Source: Nemertoderma westbladi
Lineage: Eukaryota; Animalia; Xenacoelomorpha
NCBI GenBank assembly: GCA_032718475.1
Contig: JAUCBJ010003303.1
Location: 1-40,482 of the forward strand
DNA length: 40,482 nucleotides
Direction: 5' to 3'
The position numbers and the translations under genes are program-made. Of the stretch, positions 35,486 through 40,482 are shown one piece after another. Position 1 is the stretch's first letter. Every line of letters starts with the position of its first letter. The notes beneath the pieces are model-generated. The model ran no database searches. It was not told the DNA's origin and saw nothing but the letters and a program-made list of their open reading frames with translations.

Positions 35486-37380
35486 GCATCTCCTAAAGAA
35501 TGCGCTATTTACGAAAATCAGTAGCCATCTAGTTGTGTTTAGTATAAGTCATAACTCTGTTTTATACTTAAAGCGCCACGTCCTAAAGGAACTGTTAATA
35601 TTTCCCCGAAAGTGAATAATATTGTCAGAGATTATATAGTAACGATCAATCGAATAATACAGTAGGTCTGCAACGCAATAAATTTCAAAGCACCCAAATC
35701 CAGTCTCCCTTAACTGTAGGTGAATGATCGCGCATAGACTGGCTTCGGCTAATGTTACTTCATGTGCACTAAATAATTGTTATAGGCTAAAGTCGATTTA
35801 TAAACAAGAGGACACCTAAAATTGGCAGGTTAAACTGCTAAAGGTCTGAAAGCGCAAACAATAATAGATTTTTAGTTTCTTTATTGCACCGTAGGCAATA
35901 AAGTCGAAGGTACCGGTCGAACGGTAAGCTGTAGGCCTAACTGCCCAACTACCCGAACCGGTACTTACAGGTACAACATTATTATTCGATTTTGATAATT
36001 ATATACCGGTAGGTCTCGATATTTAATCAGGGACGGCCGCCCTGGTTTTTTATTGGGATTTTACTTATTTCTGTCAGTTTTATTTATCTGTAAGTGTAAT
36101 ATTGAGCAGAAGGCATGTAAGCCCGCTCAAATTGTACAAATAATTTGTAGGCTGGATTGTTGTCTGACTGTTGTTAAGTCTGAAGGGATTGCAGTGTGTG
36201 TAGAGTGTATGTCCGATAAAGTACTAGTTAGGAAGGTGGGGGCATCCAGTGCTGTAAGGTAAATCCCCCCCGAAAGAATAAGTCGTACTACTCGGTTAGA
36301 ACGCATACTAACTAACAATTTTGGAGTCTGCATATACTGTAGTTTATTTAGGCTTGATAGTAGTCTGCCAGCGTTTGGTCTGTATTTTGTTGTGTAGTCT
36401 GCACGGGTAGCGTAATATTTATTATTCAGAGTATATGCGAGTATTCGCAACCTACATAACTCCCCAAGTTTATTCCTACAGTAATTGTGCTTGTTATACA
36501 TACCGTTATAGTTAAATTAACCCTGGTACTACATCAGGGCTGCTTGGCGTAGGTAAAGACTGGTGATTTTATGCTCTAGTCACTCCAGCAGATACCGTGG
36601 TTCTTTTGGCTGTACAAGTATATTTAACTGCTGGTTATTTGTTGTATAAGTACTTGTACCTAATTTAGGGTTTAGTGTACAGTGCTTTCCGAAAGTAATT
36701 AGTGTATAAGCGGTATATTTGTGTTGTAAAGTGGTTAATAGGTACGTTAGCTCTGGTTGGCTACGGTAATTAACTTCTAGGTAAGGACACTCCGGGTACA
36801 TACGTAGTACTTATAGAGCTGTAGAGCTAAAGACTATAAGTCGTCAGACGGTGGTATTTTCTTATCTGGACAACGCAATTTATTTACTACTGCTTAATTA
36901 TTTTCAAATACCGTAGTTTCCTGTCCGTTTGTAAGAACCAGAAATTCTAACTCCTTGTTAGGCTGGTTTATAGATTTCCTGTAAAATTACCCTGAAATTT
37001 GTATATGTAATTTTTGGTGTTTATTTAGAAATTGTAATCTCACACAGTAATTGTATGTAATTTGTAGTAATAAGTAACTTAGTAAAGTAGAATTATTTGT
37101 TTTAGTGTCTAACAAGTAGCACTTCACTGAGAGCGTTCAGCTTCTGTGCAGTGACTCCTTACCAAGAAATAATAACATTTATTTCAAACATTGACAAAAC
37201 CCATTATACAGGTATATATATATACATTATAAATCAAATCAAACCGATTTATAAAATAGTAGGCCTGTTATACATCAATTGGGTCTTAATATCAGTTTGG
37301 CTACTGCTTGATAACAGTAATAAAGTAAAGGAAAGTAACCCTAAAATTCAGAAATTCAGTTATTCTAAAATAATTGACAT

Positions 37381-37636
37381 TACCGGTATTTATAGTAGGC
37401 TTATTATATTTATTTCTATAAATTTGGCTGAGATTATATACCGGTATTCTGTAATTAGTCCTAGTCTATAATCATACTTATATATACTATAAGTGTATGC
37501 TGTATACCGGTATTTACGATAGGCTTATTATATATATTTATATAAATTTATGCTGAAATTATATACCGGTATTCTGTGACAAATCCTAGTCTGTAATAAT
37601 ACTTATATATATACTATAAGTGTATACCGGTATTCT
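37381..37636. repeat. ~125-bp degenerate tandem duplication rich in taccggtatt
   Basis: Two copies starting at ~37381 and ~37505. Confidence 0.75.
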
Positions 37637-37771
37637 AATATATTATATATATATCGCGTTACATTGAGTAACGATATCGGTAATTAATTACTAGGATTAC
37701 AGTTGATACTGAATTACTAGACTTGCTTTAACTGTCGTTATAGTAGTAGGCATTCAACTGTACAATCAAAC

Positions 37772-38458
37772 ATGGCTGACACAAAACAAACTCTGTCAGA
37801 TAGTCTCCTAGAAACAACAGTCTGCGATTCAGATAGGAGTGCGGAACATCTGAGACCGAATTCCAAGTCCCCTCCTACTGTAAGAAAGGTCATACCTCCA
37901 GTAGTAGTATCAGACCCTAGGCTAGTGAAGCACCGTAGGTCTATTATAGGCACTCGGGCTCAAGTCAAGCGGGACCAAGAGGCAGCTGTTAAACAGCAGC
38001 AACACCCGAACCGAGAATTTATTTCTCAGCAGTCCGATAGCTCCAGTAGTTCAGATACTGTAGAGTTGACACCCGAGATCGGAGCAAAGATGGCAGAAGC
38101 GGTTTATTCGGATCCACTTCTCATTCTTCCTGAAGCCGTACTCACTAGGGTATTGATTGCGGTGGAGGAACATCAAATCGATTGGGCGAGAAGTAAGCGA
38201 TCGACCAAGGACAGTTATGCGGGATACACAAGGGAGGAACTGAAGTCTATTGTCGAGACACAATGGAACTTCCCCAGACCCGGACTCCCGTTTAACTTAT
38301 CGGAAGCTGCCTGGGAGGACTTATATCAGATGGGAGTAGTAAAGGATACTCGAGATCCAGCTGTGTGGAAGAGGTCGGCAGCAGGATATGTACAGGGATT
38401 CTTCAGTTCTTTGGAGCGATTAGAGGAACACCTGTTTCAACAACCAATTGAAGAATAA
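37772..38458 (+). CDS. 228-aa ORF of unknown function, possibly the N-terminus of the retroelement gag; cut at the duplication junction
   Basis: Long open frame with coding-like composition. Its stop codon comes from the duplicated block that starts at 38450. Confidence 0.5.
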   Translation: MADTKQTLSDSLLETTVCDSDRSAEHLRPNSKSPPTVRKVIPPVVVSDPRLVKHRRSIIGTRAQVKRDQEAAVKQQQHPNREFISQQSDSSSSSDTVELTPEIGAKMAEAVYSDPLLILPEAVLTRVLIAVEEHQIDWARSKRSTKDSYAGYTREELKSIVETQWNFPRPGLPFNLSEAAWEDLYQMGVVKDTRDPAVWKRSAAGYVQGFFSSLERLEEHLFQQPIEE

Positions 38459-40482
38459 GACGAGGGAATACTACAAATGTCTTCCGAAGAGTCAGAAAGC
38501 GCACGCGCTGCAAGATCAGTTTAGGGAGCTGCACGAGCGATGATTAGTCGGGACCTAAGGGACACTGTCATAGGATAATGCAGTCAACGAACATCTTCGT
38601 TACGTTGTAAGGGGGGACGAGGGTACTTTCGGGATACCAAAGTACGCGAGGGAACCACCTAGAAAAGAGTGGAGGGAGTTTGTGGATTCCATGGAGAGGG
38701 GCGGATATATGGTCCTAGACGATGAGGGGACTGTAGAGGATAAGGATGATGATGATGAGGCGAAGAGGGGGCAGAAGGGTCGGGTAGAACTATATTGCTG
38801 CATTTAATGGCGCCGAATGGAGATATTTTTCTGTTTGACCTAGGGATCTACGGTAAGAAGAGCGGACCAAAGTTGAACCATCTACCGGATGCAGTGCAGA
38901 AGGTAGTAAGGAGAAAGACTACGATCAAGATCGGAACAGCGTTACGCAACGACGCAGAAAGGATTATTGGACCAGGCACCCCGAATCTTCTGGATATTCA
39001 GGTAGTCTACATGGCTATGATGAAACCGGATGGATTGGGATTGGTGGATAACACGGGACAATACGGAGCCATGGCTATGGGTCAGTTGATGGGACTCTTG
39101 TGCCACAAGCCGATGGTCTGGAACAAGTTCTGAGAGGAATACTGGGCGGGACTTGCGAATTCACTCAAGTGGGGTTGTGACCGGGAAAGGACGAGTTTTA
39201 TCACTTCCGAAAGGGGGAGATAAAGACATACCAGAAGAGATATATCTCACAGGAGGACTGGATAATGATAGGGTTAGTGAACCTATTCATAACGGTGGTC
39301 ATCGGTTGAGAACCAATGGTGTTTCTACTAATGGGAGCAGCACTGAACCACAGGAGAGCCTTCAAGATAGCCTTAGAAGGACTTGTAGACCACCCAGGCC
39401 GGAAGGGCGAGTCGGTGTATTACAATACCTGATATCTGGTGGACAGAGAAGTAGACGTACCATACAGACGATGGAAGAAATGTGAGGCGGATAGAGAGGA
39501 GGAAAGAATGCTAGAGGAAGTTGCTATGAAAGAGATGAGGGAGGCAGCAGGTAGAGAGGAAGATATAAGGGGAGGGGAATATGATTTCGAGGCCCAAGAC
39601 TTGGATGAGTTGAGGTGGGACTCGGAGACCTCGGGTGACTTTCGGCTAGGGGATGAGGTGGATTGGATGGAGGAAACGCCAATACAGTCGACATACCTGG
39701 GGGGTCTGAGGGTGACTTTGGTAGGAAGAGACTGAAAGTGACGGAGGGGTGGAGGGTTATGGGCGAGTACGGGACGTCATCATAAGTAGTGTTTGGGGAG
39801 TCGATGCCGAGGGAGGATGAGGACATTGATATGGTTAGGGATGATAAGGTGGAAATGTTCACGTATCAACGGCTCCATAGACCCAGGAGGCTACGTAGAG
39901 CCAAGGACGAGTTAGGGGGACAGACAGTGATAGACAGTTGCGACTACTGTGGGAGACTAACCCATCAGCAGAAGAACTGTCTGTATAACTACCAGAAGGG
40001 GGCGACATTTCTATACTGCCGAGAGTCTACCCATAGGACGACTGCATAGCCCGAGGCTGCATCATAGGTGTAGCAAGTGCAAATTCAGGGGGCATTTAGA
40101 GCGCCAGTGTGACTGGATGGATGACGAGGATAAATTCCGTATCTATGAGGAGTGGGCCAACATTGGAGTCATGACTAGACAAAGGTTGAAGGCCCAGGAG
40201 TTCCAGTGGGGGTTTTTCAACATCAACCTACAGGCCCACCAGGAGATTACCAAGAGGAGACTACTATTCACATGTCAGGAGGTAGCAACGGCGGCATCAC
40301 ATGGAGGGGTTATTAACACCCAAAGGTACCTCAACAGATGGTCACCTGTAAAAGCTTTTGCGGATATAACAAGTAATTTTTCTCCGCAATATACCGTGTA
40401 GGTGTTTTAGCGGACATAACAAGCCATTTTCTCCGCAATATATCGTGTAGGTGTTTTAGCGGACATAACAAGCCATTTTCTC
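38450..40482 (+). repeat. Near-identical direct copy of 32727-34761 (exonuclease/CCHC ORF plus 49-bp repeats)
   Basis: Offset 5723 nt (5721 after a 2-nt indel), with only scattered substitutions. The copy runs off the window end. Confidence 0.97.

Noticed and set aside
34600-37771. Defined LTR with PPT and PBS
   Set aside because: No polypurine tract abutting a TG start and no convincing tRNA primer-binding site were found; only the low-confidence promoter motifs are reported.

Overview
AT-rich, transposon-saturated eukaryotic DNA, most likely from an invertebrate animal; it is not prokaryotic. Three probable host genes are present: an intronless RNF34/RFFL-like FYVE-SAP-RING E3 ligase (17682-18713), a small 101-aa ORF (16898-17203) and the 3' exon of a WD40 gene (24473-25312, minus). 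Most of the rest is nested mobile DNA that can be resolved by terminal inverted repeats (TIRs) and target-site duplications (TSDs). (1) A P-element relic holds a Penelope RT fragment. (2) A four-level nest has as its second layer a non-coding retroposed element that starts exactly with an HDV-like ribozyme fold. (3) A partial-tandem Penelope element carries two minimal hammerhead ribozymes and is split by three DNA-transposon insertions. (4) There is a ~60-copy 30-bp minisatellite. (5) A decayed Bel/Pao LTR retrotransposon carries an extra ORF after pol that encodes a DEDD-type 3'-5' exonuclease plus three CCHC knuckles, and this ORF is duplicated 5.7 kb downstream. The best candidates for something undescribed are the exonuclease-bearing Bel/Pao element and the ribozyme-headed non-autonomous element. 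All calls were made by eye; no database searches were run.
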